Assembly (NCBI GenBank): GCA_052327205.1 | Contig: CM126212.1 | Location: 205,902,001 to 205,966,000 of the forward strand | Direction: 5' to 3' | Source of the DNA: Somniosus microcephalus | Lineage: Eukaryota | Length of the DNA stretch: 64,000 nucleotides | In this document: positions 63,450-64,000 of the stretch, piece by piece | Numbering within the stretch: position 1 is the first letter of the stretch | Layout: each line of letters starts with the position of its first letter | The notes under the pieces: model-generated | Databases searched by the model: none | The model's input: only the letters and a program-made list of their open reading frames with translations | Told to the model about the DNA's origin: nothing | Translations under genes and position numbers: made by a program

Positions 63450-64000
63450 TCTGTGCATCCTTATACCTCTCTTCCCTGGCTCCCCCACCCTCACCTGTAC
63501 TGTGCGAGAAGCTCATGAATTTTATTTTAACTAAGGATAGAGATTTGCCCCTTCCCTTTGCCTGCCAAGCCAAACCTCCTCCCACTCTAGAACTGAACCC
63601 CATTCTCTCTCTAATTTCTCCCCAATTTCACCCTCGCTCCTGGTAAGCTCATCCCGTCCATGAAACACACTTCCTGCTCACTCAACCTTATTTCCACTAA
63701 ACTCCTGACCACCCAACTTACCTTCCTGGCCCCCATGCTAACTGATATTGTAAGTGGTTTTCCCTCCCGAGGCACCGACCCCTACCTTTCAAAACTGCCA
63801 TCACCATTCCTCCTCAAAAAGCTACTCTTGACCCCTCTGTCCTGTTACTTACCACCCCATCTCCAACCACTCTAAAGCCCTTGAATGTGCTATTGCATCC
63901 CAGATCCATGCCCCTCTCTTCCGCAACTCCCTATTTGAATCTCTCCAATCAGGGCCATTCACAGCACCGAAACAGCTCGAACCAAAGCTATCAATAACAT
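63450..64000 (+). mobile_element. L2 LINE internal fragment running off the window
   Basis: Similar to 17840-18140 (ATTTCCACTAAACTCCTGACCACCC, TTTGAATCTCTCCAATCAG, CACAGCACCGAAACAGC). Confidence 0.75.

Noticed and set aside
43329-64000. ATG7 last exon (IWDMSDDE-like) expected on the minus strand from mammalian synteny
   Set aside because: I found no matching sequence by eye. The VWDIWDG stretch near 48730 lies inside a transposon and does not match.

Overview
Eukaryotic genomic DNA, very likely from a shark or other elasmobranch (inferred from HE1-type tRNA SINEs and shark-type CR1, L2, RTE-X and Penelope repeats). The window holds a spliced VGLL4 gene (vestigial-like 4, a TEAD co-repressor of the Hippo pathway) on the + strand. 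I reconstructed five coding exons by hand (1870-1945, 10148-10334, 31697-31913, 35932-36055, 43048-43328; 885 nt, 294 aa, all GT-AG and phase-compatible). There is also an internal 14-nt alternative first coding exon (MIKVR, 26824-26837) and a ~2.1-kb 3' UTR with 8-mer miR-221/222 and miR-130/301 sites. The rest is intronic and intergenic DNA rich in transposons. Points of note: Penelope-derived palindromes carrying minimal hammerhead ribozyme motifs; a five-copy Tc1/mariner-type MITE family with near-constant length, exchangeable interiors and RFX X-boxes; a nested cluster of PIF/Harbinger-type MITEs carrying CRE/CCAAT and splice-donor motifs; and a tandem TEAD site in intron 2. Almost all ORFs in the supplied track are spurious or repeat-derived. 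Repeat family names come from recognition, not from a database search.
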